DNA of 64,000 nucleotides from Thermoproteota archaeon (lineage in GTDB: Archaea; Thermoproteota; Methanomethylicia; Methanomethylicales; Methanomethylicaceae): contig JARXPE010000002.1 of assembly GCA_029887795.1 (NCBI GenBank), positions 8,904-72,903 on the forward strand, given 5' to 3'. The notes below the pieces were generated by a model. That model searched no databases, was not told the origin of the DNA, and was given only the letters and a program-made list of their open reading frames with translations. The translations under genes and the position numbers were made by a program. Positions 55,133-64,000 of the stretch are shown in pieces; the stretch's first letter is position 1; the number at the start of each line of letters is the position of its first letter.

Positions 55133-56743
55133 ATGGTGAATATAGACATGGTTGGCTTGGGCGTTTTCGCCGCATACATAATAGCCATCGCCATTATAGG
55201 GTACTTTGGTGCCAAGAGGACAAAGACCACAGCAGACTTCGTGGCAGCTTCTGGGCAGCTGGGGTTCTGGACATACGTGCTTCTAATGGTTGGGGCGGTC
55301 ACAAGTGGCATGACAATAATAGGCGTGGCAGGTCTCGGTTTTCAGAGTGGGTGGGCAAACCTTTGGGAGAGGGTCATAGGCCCACCATTCGCCATATCCT
55401 TCTGCACGGTCCTAGTTGGCTACAAGATGTGGACGCTTAGGAAGAAACACCAAATACTGACTATGCAGGACTACTTTGCGGTGCGCTACGAAGATCCAAA
55501 GATGTTGAGGGCATTGGCAGGTATAGTCTCCGCGGTCACATGTTTTGCCTACCTAATTGGGCAGTACACTGCCATAGGCGTTGTAACAGAAGTAGTACTC
55601 GGGATACCTTACTCTGTGGGCTCTTTAATCGCATTGGTGATAGTGGTTGGCTACGTGATGGGCGGCGGGATGTTCTCTACAGCTTGGACGACATTTCTGC
55701 AGTCGTTGATGATGATTGTGGGAGTCTTCATAACGGCGCCACTGATAATCAACTGGATGGGAGGTTGGGTTGCATTCAACGAACTAGTCTCACAGGTCCC
55801 TGTGTTGCAGCAAATCGTAAGGGGACAGAGCCCGGGCTACCTATTCGGGACTTTTCTTGATCAACCATTCGGACCAGCTGAGATGCCGTTGGTCGGCTGG
55901 GCATACAATCTGACTCTCTTCGGGATAACAGTGCCGCTGGGCCTACTCGTCGCGCCCCATGTGGTAAACAATGTCCTATGCTTTAAGGAATCCAAATACA
56001 CAAGATGGGGACCAATAATAATGTACGTGTTAGGCGTCCCATTAATACTGGGAACTTCGCTGATAGGATTGGCTGCAAGGGTCGCCTGGGCCCAAGGGAA
56101 TTTGAATATCGCATCCCTGACGCTTGAAGGAGGCGTAACTGTTGCGTGGAATGATATGGCCTACCCAACAATTGCAAAGGCAGCTTTGCCATACGGGCTC
56201 TTCATACTCCTGCTACCATGCGTGCTTGCCGCGGTTATGTCAACAACTGACCGATTACTCGTAACTGCTGCAAGTAACGTGTCGTACGACCTCGTTAAGA
56301 ATGTATTGCGACCCAATACTTCTGAGAGGGCGACAGTTTGGATTAACAGACTAGTCGTACTGATAGTAGGCATATCATCATGGTACATCTCGCTTACGCC
56401 ACAGCCGATGCTGGCTTGGTTCATATGGGCAGCCTTGTCACTGATGGTAAATTGCTTCTTCTGGCCCATCATAGGCGGGCTATACTGGAAGAGAATGAAC
56501 AAGAATGCTGCGAGGTGGGGGATGCTCGTTGGATTCGTAGTGACGCTTATATCGTTCGCAATTTGGGGCAAAAACATCATAATTCCAGGCGTTGTAGCAC
56601 TTTATGCTGTTGTGCCAGGCTTCATAGCAAGCACAGTAGTCACTCTGGTACTAGCATTCACGACAAAGCCTCACTCAGAGAACCTTCTAAAGGAGACTTT
56701 AACAGGTGCGTTCATAAAACCAAGCATTTCAGAAAAACATTAA
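55133..56743 (+). CDS. Sodium:solute symporter (SSS) family transporter
   Basis: The ATG at 55133 follows a G-rich SD-like sequence. N-terminus VFAAYIIAIAIIGYFGAKRTKTTADFVAASGQLGFW is typical of SSS. About 13 TM segments. Confidence 0.85.
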   Translation: MVNIDMVGLGVFAAYIIAIAIIGYFGAKRTKTTADFVAASGQLGFWTYVLLMVGAVTSGMTIIGVAGLGFQSGWANLWERVIGPPFAISFCTVLVGYKMWTLRKKHQILTMQDYFAVRYEDPKMLRALAGIVSAVTCFAYLIGQYTAIGVVTEVVLGIPYSVGSLIALVIVVGYVMGGGMFSTAWTTFLQSLMMIVGVFITAPLIINWMGGWVAFNELVSQVPVLQQIVRGQSPGYLFGTFLDQPFGPAEMPLVGWAYNLTLFGITVPLGLLVAPHVVNNVLCFKESKYTRWGPIIMYVLGVPLILGTSLIGLAARVAWAQGNLNIASLTLEGGVTVAWNDMAYPTIAKAALPYGLFILLLPCVLAAVMSTTDRLLVTAASNVSYDLVKNVLRPNTSERATVWINRLVVLIVGISSWYISLTPQPMLAWFIWAALSLMVNCFFWPIIGGLYWKRMNKNAARWGMLVGFVVTLISFAIWGKNIIIPGVVALYAVVPGFIASTVVTLVLAFTTKPHSENLLKETLTGAFIKPSISEKH

Positions 56744-56783
56744 CTTCATTTTCATTTATTTGTAATTACACTTTCACTTTCCA

Positions 56784-56795
56784 TTTTTATTTTTT
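56784..56795 (+). terminator. Oligo-T tracts after the second symporter gene
   Basis: TTTTTATTTTTT lies about 40 nt after the stop. Confidence 0.35.
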
Positions 56796-56907
56796 ATAAG
56801 TCGAAGACTCATGGTATAGTTAAAAGCGAAGGCATTAAAAGCCAGTTTTATTTATCTGATTTTGCGGTCGCCATTTGCTTCTCCACAAAGCGTTTTAGGG
56901 TGTTATT

Positions 56908-57633
56908 ATGGTAACTTTACTCATAATCGGTCCTGCGGGCTCTGGTAAGAGTACGCTGACCAAGTCTTTTGGCAAATGGTTGGAGCATGAGGGAAAGACT
57001 GTGAATTATGTTAGTCTGGATCCTGGTGCCGAAGTTTTGCCCTTTACTCCCTCTTTTGATGTGAGAAGTATGGTCAAAGTCGAGGAATTGATGCTGAAGG
57101 AGGGCCTAGGACCGAATGGTGCGCTCATAAGGGCTGCTGAGATAATAGAGGAAAGGTTCGCCGAAGTTTTGGAGGAGGTATCGTCGCTGTCCCCAGACTT
57201 TTTGCTTGTGGACACGCCAGGGCAGATGGAGATCTTTCTCTTCAGGACTTTAGGTCCAAAGTTGGCGTCTTCTTTGAGGGATAGAACCGTTTCCGTATTT
57301 CTCATTGATCCGGTACTGATGAAAAAGCCGAATGACTTCGTGGTGTTGAAGATGCTGGGTCTTGTCGTGGAGCTAAGATTGGGTATCCCTTCCATAGAGG
57401 TTGTGAACAAATGCGACCTATTGAACGTAGATTCCGTTAGAATTATTGAAGATTTAACAAAGATGGATATGGAAGGACTCTCGGGAAGTTTGGCGGAGGA
57501 GCTTCGCAGGATCATAGACAAATTAGAGAAAAAGAAGCGAACCTTGATGGTCTCGGCAGTGAAGGGCACAGGCTTCTTGGACCTTTACAAGGCTATAGGG
57601 GAAGCCTTCTGCGCCTGTGGTGACATGACCTAA
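56908..57633 (+). CDS. GPN-loop GTPase
   Basis: P-loop GPAGSGKSTL and diagnostic GPNGAL motif. Confidence 0.85.
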   Translation: MVTLLIIGPAGSGKSTLTKSFGKWLEHEGKTVNYVSLDPGAEVLPFTPSFDVRSMVKVEELMLKEGLGPNGALIRAAEIIEERFAEVLEEVSSLSPDFLLVDTPGQMEIFLFRTLGPKLASSLRDRTVSVFLIDPVLMKKPNDFVVLKMLGLVVELRLGIPSIEVVNKCDLLNVDSVRIIEDLTKMDMEGLSGSLAEELRRIIDKLEKKKRTLMVSAVKGTGFLDLYKAIGEAFCACGDMT

Positions 57634-59549
57634 ACTCTCGGTATCTCCATCTTTCTTCCCACGAAAGCCTTAAAGATGTCGGTCCCGCTTATGAGACCTA
57701 TTAGTTGCCCATCTCCATTTCTCACAGCCAGCCTCCAAACGTTCCACCTTCTCATGAGGGCTGCTGCCTTCGAGACGTCCTCGCTTGCCTCAACCGTGAG
57801 CAAGGGTGCCGACATTATGGTGCTCAACGAGACGTCCTTCCCCAAACTCCCCAAGGAGATCACTTTGTAAAGTATGTCCCTCATAGTTACGATCCCTATG
57901 GGAACGTCCCCATCCGTTATAATTAGGCTCCCAACGTTCGACTCTTTCATGTATTTTGCCGCCTCGTAGGCAGAGACTCTTCTGTCGATGGTCTTCACGT
58001 CTGGAATCATCAGATCCTTTACCTTCACCTGCGATATTAGCCTGTTCAAGATCTTTCCGCTTGGAGTTCTCGGTAAACTGCTGACGAACTCGTAGATCCT
58101 TGGAACTTTGAATGCCGCCAAGTTGTTTCTGCAGTACTCGTCCAGCTCCTTATCGGAAGCAGTCATGCCATCTTTTAACACTATGAACGCCTTGACGCTC
58201 TCGCCCCTGACTGGATCTGGTATTCCCACGACGGCAACCTCCTTGACCTTGGGATGGGCGTGGAGCACCTCCTCGACCTCCCGCGGGAAGATCTTAAAAC
58301 CTCCAGAGATTATCATCTCCTTCTTCCTGCCCACTATGTGCAGGTACCCCTCCTCGTCGATCTTTCCTAGGTCCCCGGTGTGGAACCATCCTTTTCTGAA
58401 TGCCTCCTCAGTCTCTTGGGGTCTGTTCCAGTAACCCTTCATCACATTTGGTCCCCTGACAACGATCTCGCCCACCTCGTTGACCGGGAGCTCGTTGTCG
58501 TCATCGTCCACTATCCTGACTTCTACGCCTGGGATCGGCAATCCTACCGACCCTGGCTTTCTCTTACCTCTGAGCGGGTTCGATGCTATCACCACGGCAG
58601 TCTCTGTCATCCCATAACGCTCCAGAAGCTCGAACCCATACTTCTCCTTGAACTTTTCCATAGCATCCACTGGCATGGGGGCAGATCCCACGGTCCAAAG
58701 CCTCATGCTCGAGAGATCGTATTTGTGGTCCTCCATTTCAAGCAACTTTATGTACATTGTGGGTACACCCATAAACACGGTGCACCTGTGCCTCTCTATA
58801 CCCTCTAACACCTTCCTTGCGTCGAACCGCTCCAGCAGGATCATGGTGTACCCACAGTAAACCATCCCATGCACCGCGATTCCGAGCCCATGGACGTGGA
58901 ACATTGGCAAAGCCATCATTAGCCTATCGTTGTCACTCAGTTCCCAGAGTTTGGAGATGGTTGCGATATTTGAGATGAAGTTAGAGTGTGTGATCATCGC
59001 ACCCTTGGCGCTGCCCGTCGTCCCTGAGGTGTAGCATATCACTGCTAGATCCTCATCATTATTGGCAACGTTTGTCGGTGTATCGCTAGACCCTTCCAAA
59101 AGTCTGTAAAAAGAGAGACACCCTTCAGGTACGTTGAAAGAAGTCACTACGATCTGTTTCAAAGACTTGAGGGTGTTTTTCACCTCAAGGACGTGGGGTA
59201 GGTTGCTCTCTGATGTTACCACGATACTTGCGCCAGAATCGTTGACCATGTGCACAAGCTCATGCCTTCGGTACATGACGTTGAGAGGGACGGTGATGCC
59301 ACCCGCCTTGATAATCCCGAAGTGAGAGATGACGAACTCTGGTGAGTTTTGCATGAATATGCAGGCCCTGTCCCCCTTAGACAATCCCATTTCAAGGAGG
59401 GCATTGGCGAACTTGTTGCTCATGGAGTCTAAATCCTTGAATGAGTAATCCTTCTCGTTCCAAACTATGGCAGTTTTGTCTCCAAACTCTTCGGCACTTT
59501 TTGAGAGTATTTTATCTAATGGCATTTTAAGTCGTTCAAGATCCAACAT
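57630..59549 (-). CDS. AMP-dependent acyl-CoA synthetase fused to a C-terminal CBS pair
   Basis: YTSGTTGSAKG and GWFHTGD adenylation motifs. The last 130 aa or so contain two CBS motifs (VGSLIITDGDVPIGIVTMRDI; LAVRNGDGQLIGLISGTDI). Confidence 0.88.
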   Translation of the reverse strand: MLDLERLKMPLDKILSKSAEEFGDKTAIVWNEKDYSFKDLDSMSNKFANALLEMGLSKGDRACIFMQNSPEFVISHFGIIKAGGITVPLNVMYRRHELVHMVNDSGASIVVTSESNLPHVLEVKNTLKSLKQIVVTSFNVPEGCLSFYRLLEGSSDTPTNVANNDEDLAVICYTSGTTGSAKGAMITHSNFISNIATISKLWELSDNDRLMMALPMFHVHGLGIAVHGMVYCGYTMILLERFDARKVLEGIERHRCTVFMGVPTMYIKLLEMEDHKYDLSSMRLWTVGSAPMPVDAMEKFKEKYGFELLERYGMTETAVVIASNPLRGKRKPGSVGLPIPGVEVRIVDDDDNELPVNEVGEIVVRGPNVMKGYWNRPQETEEAFRKGWFHTGDLGKIDEEGYLHIVGRKKEMIISGGFKIFPREVEEVLHAHPKVKEVAVVGIPDPVRGESVKAFIVLKDGMTASDKELDEYCRNNLAAFKVPRIYEFVSSLPRTPSGKILNRLISQVKVKDLMIPDVKTIDRRVSAYEAAKYMKESNVGSLIITDGDVPIGIVTMRDILYKVISLGSLGKDVSLSTIMSAPLLTVEASEDVSKAAALMRRWNVWRLAVRNGDGQLIGLISGTDIFKAFVGRKMEIPRV

Positions 59550-59614
59550 AAATATTTATAAGCGTTGTTAATAATTATAATTATCTCATTATAAATTCAA
59601 GGTGGCAACAATAT

Positions 59615-60523
59615 TTGTCCTCCCTGACATCACCCCAGAAGGAGATTATGGTCGCCCTTATAGAGTTGTATGAAAAAAAGAAATCCCTCGTAAAGAGCAA
59701 GGATATAGCTGTCAAGACCGGAAGGGATGAGGGGACCATAAGGAACATAATGCCGGTTCTGAGGGCGCTGGGGCTCGTCGAGGCGGTACCAGGCCCGGAG
59801 GGGGGTTACATGCCCACCAGCAAGGCGTATGAGAGCTTCAGCATACCAAAGCAGTTTCGAACCCTGACGGTTCCCATCTATCGGAGGAATGGAGAAAATA
59901 CCGGAGTTACGGTGACCGACATCATCTTCAAGAGTGTGTACAGTCCAGACTTCTGCCAAGTACTACTAAAGGTTGTGGGAGACGTCTCGAAGCTTGACGT
60001 TGGTGAGGAGCTCGTGATCGGTCCGACACCATCCGGGAGGATGGTCATAGAGGGTAAGATGGTGGGCAGAGACGAGATCCACGGGGAAATATTGTTGGAG
60101 GTTATAAATATCGTCAGTATACCGAAAGAGAAAGTGAGAAACCTAATGTCTAAGAGACTCGTATCCATCCCCCCGAACATCCCGATTAAGGAAGCAGCCG
60201 GAATCCTGTACAGGGAGTTCATAAGAGCTGCGCCTGTGATCAACGGTTCCTCATTGGTTGGCATAATAACCGGGTCTGATGTAGCGAGGTGCGCCAGTGA
60301 GGATAAACTTCACCTGACCGTGGGGGAGGCCACAAGCCGAAGACCAGTCACCATTGGTATGGACGAGGACATTCTGGAGGCGATGAACAGGATGCGCAGA
60401 TCCAGTATTGGGCGGCTTGTTGTTGTAGACGAACAGAACAAACCCGTGGGAATAATAACTAGAACGGACCTCTTGTCCCGAATGTTGAAGCCATTTGAGA
60501 TGTTAGAGACTGTTCAGAAGTGA
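59615..60523 (+). CDS. Winged-helix DNA-binding domain plus CBS-pair protein, putative regulator
   Basis: N-terminal HTH (SKDIAVKTGRDEGTIRNIMPVLRALGLVE), a middle beta domain and a C-terminal CBS pair. TTG start. Confidence 0.7.
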   Translation: MSSLTSPQKEIMVALIELYEKKKSLVKSKDIAVKTGRDEGTIRNIMPVLRALGLVEAVPGPEGGYMPTSKAYESFSIPKQFRTLTVPIYRRNGENTGVTVTDIIFKSVYSPDFCQVLLKVVGDVSKLDVGEELVIGPTPSGRMVIEGKMVGRDEIHGEILLEVINIVSIPKEKVRNLMSKRLVSIPPNIPIKEAAGILYREFIRAAPVINGSSLVGIITGSDVARCASEDKLHLTVGEATSRRPVTIGMDEDILEAMNRMRRSSIGRLVVVDEQNKPVGIITRTDLLSRMLKPFEMLETVQK

Positions 60524-60524
60524 G

Positions 60525-61745
60525 TTAGGCACCGGTTGACAGTACCTTAGAGACCGCTTTTAGATCTGGCGGTATTTCCACAGGTCTGCCGCATACCTTG
60601 ATTACCTCTTCCGGATCCTTTAGCAAGTGCCCTGTGCAGATGCATACAACTTCATCAGTGTTCCCCAACATGCCCTTGGACACAGCCTTCCTTACCCCGG
60701 CAACAGATGCGGCACTCGCAGGCTCGACGCCTATCCCCTCCAACGCGGCTATCACACGCTGAGCCTCCACAATCTCATCATCAGACACAGATTCGTAAAG
60801 TCCTTTTGACTGCTTTATCGCCATAACTGCCTTCGGCCAATTCACAGGGTTGCCGATCCTTATGGCGGTTGCCAATGTCTCAGGGTGTGGTAATGGGACC
60901 AAAGTTTCTAGGTTCTTTCTGAGCATGTTGACCACTGGTGCAGCCCCTTCTGCCTGAACTCCGAACATCTTAGGCAGTTTGTCGATAATGCCCGCGCTTT
61001 TGAACTCTCTAAAACCCTTCCATATGGCTGAGATGTTCCCGCAATTTCCCATAGGAACCGATACAAATTCTGGGACGTGCCCAAGCTGGTCAACTACCTC
61101 GAAAGCCAAGGTCTTCTGACCCTCGAGCCTCCAAGGATTCACGCTGTTCAAAAGGTATATTTCCATCTTGACGGAGAGGTCCATGACCAATTTCAGGGCA
61201 TCATCGAAGTTCCCCTTGACGGAGATCACCCTAGCACCGTGCATCAATGCCTGTGCAAGCTTTCCCATGGCGACCTTTTCTGCCGGCAGAAGCACATAAC
61301 ACGTCAGACCAGCCTTTGCCGCATAGGCGGATAGTGATGCCGATGTGTTTCCCGTTGAGGCGCAGGCCACCGCTTTTGAGCCAAGACTCTTGGCTTTCGT
61401 TACGCCCAAAGTCATCCCGCGGTCCTTGAAGCTCCCTGTGGGATTTGCGCCCTCATACTTAATATAGAGTTCCCTTACGCCAGCCCACCTGGCCAGTCGC
61501 TCACACCTGTAGAGTGGAGTGCCACCCTCCCTGAGTGTTATGATCTCCGAGCCCTCTTCAACTGGTAGAAACTCCTCATAGCGCCATACTCCAATAGGCC
61601 TCTTGGCCATCTCAACGAGCGAGATCTTAGGGGGCTCGATAACAACCTCCAAGAGCGAGCCGCAACTTCCACATACGTAAATTATTTCATCACTTCCGAA
61701 CTCCTTCCCACAGCTTATGCACCTTAGCTTAGACTTAGGAAACAA
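60525..61745 (-). CDS. thrC: Threonine synthase
   Basis: N-terminal zinc ribbon CISCG...CGSCG, PLP-lysine block NPTGSFKDRG and GNTSAS motif. Confidence 0.9.
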   Translation of the reverse strand: MFPKSKLRCISCGKEFGSDEIIYVCGSCGSLLEVVIEPPKISLVEMAKRPIGVWRYEEFLPVEEGSEIITLREGGTPLYRCERLARWAGVRELYIKYEGANPTGSFKDRGMTLGVTKAKSLGSKAVACASTGNTSASLSAYAAKAGLTCYVLLPAEKVAMGKLAQALMHGARVISVKGNFDDALKLVMDLSVKMEIYLLNSVNPWRLEGQKTLAFEVVDQLGHVPEFVSVPMGNCGNISAIWKGFREFKSAGIIDKLPKMFGVQAEGAAPVVNMLRKNLETLVPLPHPETLATAIRIGNPVNWPKAVMAIKQSKGLYESVSDDEIVEAQRVIAALEGIGVEPASAASVAGVRKAVSKGMLGNTDEVVCICTGHLLKDPEEVIKVCGRPVEIPPDLKAVSKVLSTGA

Positions 61746-62706
61746 CTTTTACACCCTCTTCCGCATTCAAATGCACAGAACAGCTGGACCTAATTCCTTC
61801 CTCCTCGAGAATTGACTTTAGGTTCGCGCCCAATTGCTTTCCCATGTTGTTAGAGCAGAGTGCGAAAACGGAGGGCCCAGCCCCACTTATGGAAAAGCCA
61901 TACGCCCCAGCCTCCAAGGCACGACGTTTCAAGTCCTCGAACTTGGGTATCAATTTTGCTCTGGCACGTTCAATGATCACATCGCCAGATATACCTTCCC
62001 CCATCAATACAACGTCTCCCTTCATTAGACCCACCAGCAGTTTTCCAAATGCCTGTGTTTGCAAAACAATATCCTGTAGGGGTACGCTTGCGGGAAGAAT
62101 CTGCCTTGCAATTTTTGTCTTCTCCTCTCCAATCTCTACTTCGGGGGTTATTACAACTATCTCCAGATTCTTAAGGGCATCAAAGCGGACAACTTTGATT
62201 GGCTTAAATGAGGATATGAATACGACCCCTCCAAAGAGTGCAGGTGCTACATTATCTGCGTGTGGAGATCCGCATGCTGCCCTTTCACCCTCCATGGCGC
62301 ACTGGAGAAGATCTTCACCCCTCAATGGCATGCCCAGCAAAAGATTGACAGAATACGCTCCGGCGGCAGATGATGCGCCAGAGCTCCCGAGCCCGCTTTT
62401 GGGGGGGACGCCCTTTATAATTTTCATTTTCAGGTAGAGGTCGTCCCTTCCGACTTTTTCCAAAACTGCTCTTCCTGCCACGGCTGCAGAATTTTTCTTC
62501 GGATCACATGAGATGGCTTCGGACCCTACGCCTTCAATCGCAACTAAATCTCCGCCTTCCTTTTCCAGTGATACCTCCACAATGTCTCTAGGTTCGTTCA
62601 AAGCCATCCCAATAATGTCATACCCTGGTCCCAAGTTGGCTATGGTGGCAGGGGCTGAGACTCTGACAGATGATCTAGTGTATGTCTTTGCAAAGGATGA
62701 AGCCAT
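61735..62706 (-). CDS. thrB: Homoserine kinase
   Basis: GHMP kinase motif PPKSGLGSSGASSAA. Overlaps the thrC start. Confidence 0.88.
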   Translation of the reverse strand: MASSFAKTYTRSSVRVSAPATIANLGPGYDIIGMALNEPRDIVEVSLEKEGGDLVAIEGVGSEAISCDPKKNSAAVAGRAVLEKVGRDDLYLKMKIIKGVPPKSGLGSSGASSAAGAYSVNLLLGMPLRGEDLLQCAMEGERAACGSPHADNVAPALFGGVVFISSFKPIKVVRFDALKNLEIVVITPEVEIGEEKTKIARQILPASVPLQDIVLQTQAFGKLLVGLMKGDVVLMGEGISGDVIIERARAKLIPKFEDLKRRALEAGAYGFSISGAGPSVFALCSNNMGKQLGANLKSILEEEGIRSSCSVHLNAEEGVKVVS

Positions 62707-62909
62707 TCAGTATCACTCTTTTAAGGTATGCATTAAAGCGAATACTAATATTTTGCTACACCTGTTCAGAGGACTTTGAGCTTATTGATTCGGCAAAAAG
62801 AAGAGGCTAAAAATGCGACTTATTTAAATCAAGGCGCATATCACATGAAAATTAAGGATTCCCACATTATGAATAGATTTAAATCTATCCCGAAAGCACC
62901 TTTAAGAAG

Positions 62910-64000
62910 GTGCGTAGCTTGGAGAAGCCCGACTTTAAATTCTTCAAACAGAAGTCCACGGAAATCTCGCTAACGCCTGAGATATTGAAGGAGAGAAAAT
63001 CAGTATTGCGCGACCCAGTCGTGCAGATAGACCTCGAAAAAGTAAGGACTATCAAAGAACTAGTGGAGGCATGGAAAGACGGGGGCATACAATCTCGAAG
63101 TCTGGCAGAATGCGCCATCGTGTATGAGAACATGTTGCTTGACAAGGATCGCCCAACAATATTCCTGGGACTCTCTGGCGCACTTATAGCGGGGGGTCTG
63201 CGCAAGGTAATAAGCGACATGATCTCTAAAGGTATCGTGGACGTCGTAGTCTCCACGGGGGCAATATTATATCAGGACTACTATGCTGCCCACGGCTATA
63301 AGCACTACAAGGGCTCCCCCGAGACCGATGATGAAAAGCTGCATGATCTTTACATCGACAGGATATACGATGCATACGTCGACGAGATAGGTTTCGTTCA
63401 TTGCGATGACAAGATCTCAGAGTTCTGCTCCACGCTCGAACCAAGAAAGTACTCGACGCGGGAGTTTCTAAACCTTCTTGGATCGACCCTTAACGACAAC
63501 AGCTCTATACTCTTCAACGCCTATCGCTATGGGGTCCCCATATTCTGCCCAGCCATCGCAGACAGTTCGATAGGGATAGGTCTCGCAGGGTACTTCAGGT
63601 GGGCCAAGGAGCAAGGGCTCCAGACATTCACCCTCGATGTGATGAAGGACAATTTTGAGATCGCGCAGATCGTACTAAAATCGAAGAAAACGGGCTCGAT
63701 ATACATAGGAGGGGGCGTTCCGAAGAATTACATTAACGATGCAGCCGTCATGTTAGACTACACCAAAGGGCACGCCTACTCCTTCCAGATAACCACGGAC
63801 TCTCCACACTGGGGAGGGTTGACGGGGAGTACGCTGGACGAGGCAAAATCCTGGGGAAAGATCTCAAAGCACGCGACAAGGGCCACGGTCTATGCAGAGG
63901 CGACCATCGCACTCCCATTAATAGTGGGATACATACTTCAAAAGGGGATCCATAACGGTCGAAAGAGATTAAAGATGACATGGTCAAGGGAAGGGGACCT
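62910..64000 (+). CDS. dys: Deoxyhypusine synthase (3' end runs off the window; absent from the ORF track because no stop is reached)
   Basis: My translation of the frame starting at 62883: ...IFLGLSGALIAGGLRKVISDMISKGIVDVVVSTGA...CPAIADSSIGIG...GGGVPKNYIND...WGGLTGSTLDEAKSWGKI. The start could be GTG 62910, TTG 62919 or TTG 62985. Confidence 0.85.
   Translation, partial: MRSLEKPDFKFFKQKSTEISLTPEILKERKSVLRDPVVQIDLEKVRTIKELVEAWKDGGIQSRSLAECAIVYENMLLDKDRPTIFLGLSGALIAGGLRKVISDMISKGIVDVVVSTGAILYQDYYAAHGYKHYKGSPETDDEKLHDLYIDRIYDAYVDEIGFVHCDDKISEFCSTLEPRKYSTREFLNLLGSTLNDNSSILFNAYRYGVPIFCPAIADSSIGIGLAGYFRWAKEQGLQTFTLDVMKDNFEIAQIVLKSKKTGSIYIGGGVPKNYINDAAVMLDYTKGHAYSFQITTDSPHWGGLTGSTLDEAKSWGKISKHATRATVYAEATIALPLIVGYILQKGIHNGRKRLKMTWSREGD

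Noticed and set aside
57630-57633. Convergent GPN-GTPase and acyl-CoA synthetase genes overlap by 4 nt at their stop codons (CTAA/TTAG).
   Set aside because: This is a real feature of the sequence, but such compact convergent ends are common in dense archaeal genomes. It implies termination inside the opposing gene and nothing more.
62513-62973. Two plus-strand ORFs (88 and 65 aa) in the thrB 5' end and upstream region.
   Set aside because: The first is antisense to thrB. The second is in a different frame from, and overlaps, the deoxyhypusine synthase start region. Neither has a motif.
1-64000. Search by eye for CRISPR arrays, rRNA, tRNA, integrases, transposases, inverted terminal repeats or known defence-gene signatures.
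   Set aside because: No spaced direct-repeat array was seen and no tRNA-like T-arm or acceptor pattern in intergenic DNA. No recombinase or transposase motifs appeared in any ORF. A covariance-model scan (tRNAscan or Infernal) would be needed to exclude small RNAs.

Overview
The window reads as a gene-dense (about 90% coding) archaeal chromosomal segment. The taxon call rests on Alba, a GPN-loop GTPase, a Clp1-type kinase, a PAC2 proteasome chaperone, deoxyhypusine synthase, a LysW-pathway lysX-Y-Z-J-K operon with an Lrp regulator, and AGG/AGA/ATA-rich codon usage with many GTG/TTG starts. That pattern suggests a thermophilic TACK/Thermoproteota-like lineage, but I cannot confirm this without a search. 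I found no rRNA, tRNA, CRISPR array, integrase or transposase by eye.

Most genes are housekeeping or transport:
- thyX and trkAH
- MTA phosphorylase plus a phosphoribosyltransferase (PRT)
- an NCS1 permease plus TenA
- two ABC systems
- an FAD oxidase with a CCG iron-sulfur partner
- stomatin, NfeD, PAC2 and Hsp20
- thrB and thrC
- two sodium:solute symporters flanking a PaaK-type ligase

None of the candidate novel systems is proven. The best candidates are:
1. An orphan 1002-aa HerA-like ATPase fused to a coiled coil and a tandem array of about 13 CxxC zinc-ribbon-like units (13523-16531).
2. A translationally coupled four-gene operon (24538-30332) encoding a 1291-aa PKD/B-repeat surface protein and three small N-terminally anchored partners.
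3. An orphan CooS-like protein that appears to lack one canonical C-cluster cysteine and has an altered D-cluster motif.

Smaller observations:
- an apparent 1-nt frameshift at the start of paaK
- small membrane ORFs, too short for the ORF track or of ambiguous strand, in front of both symporters
- a lys operon without lysW
- AbrB-ACT and acyl-CoA synthetase-CBS fusions

All family calls come from motif recognition by eye, not database searches.
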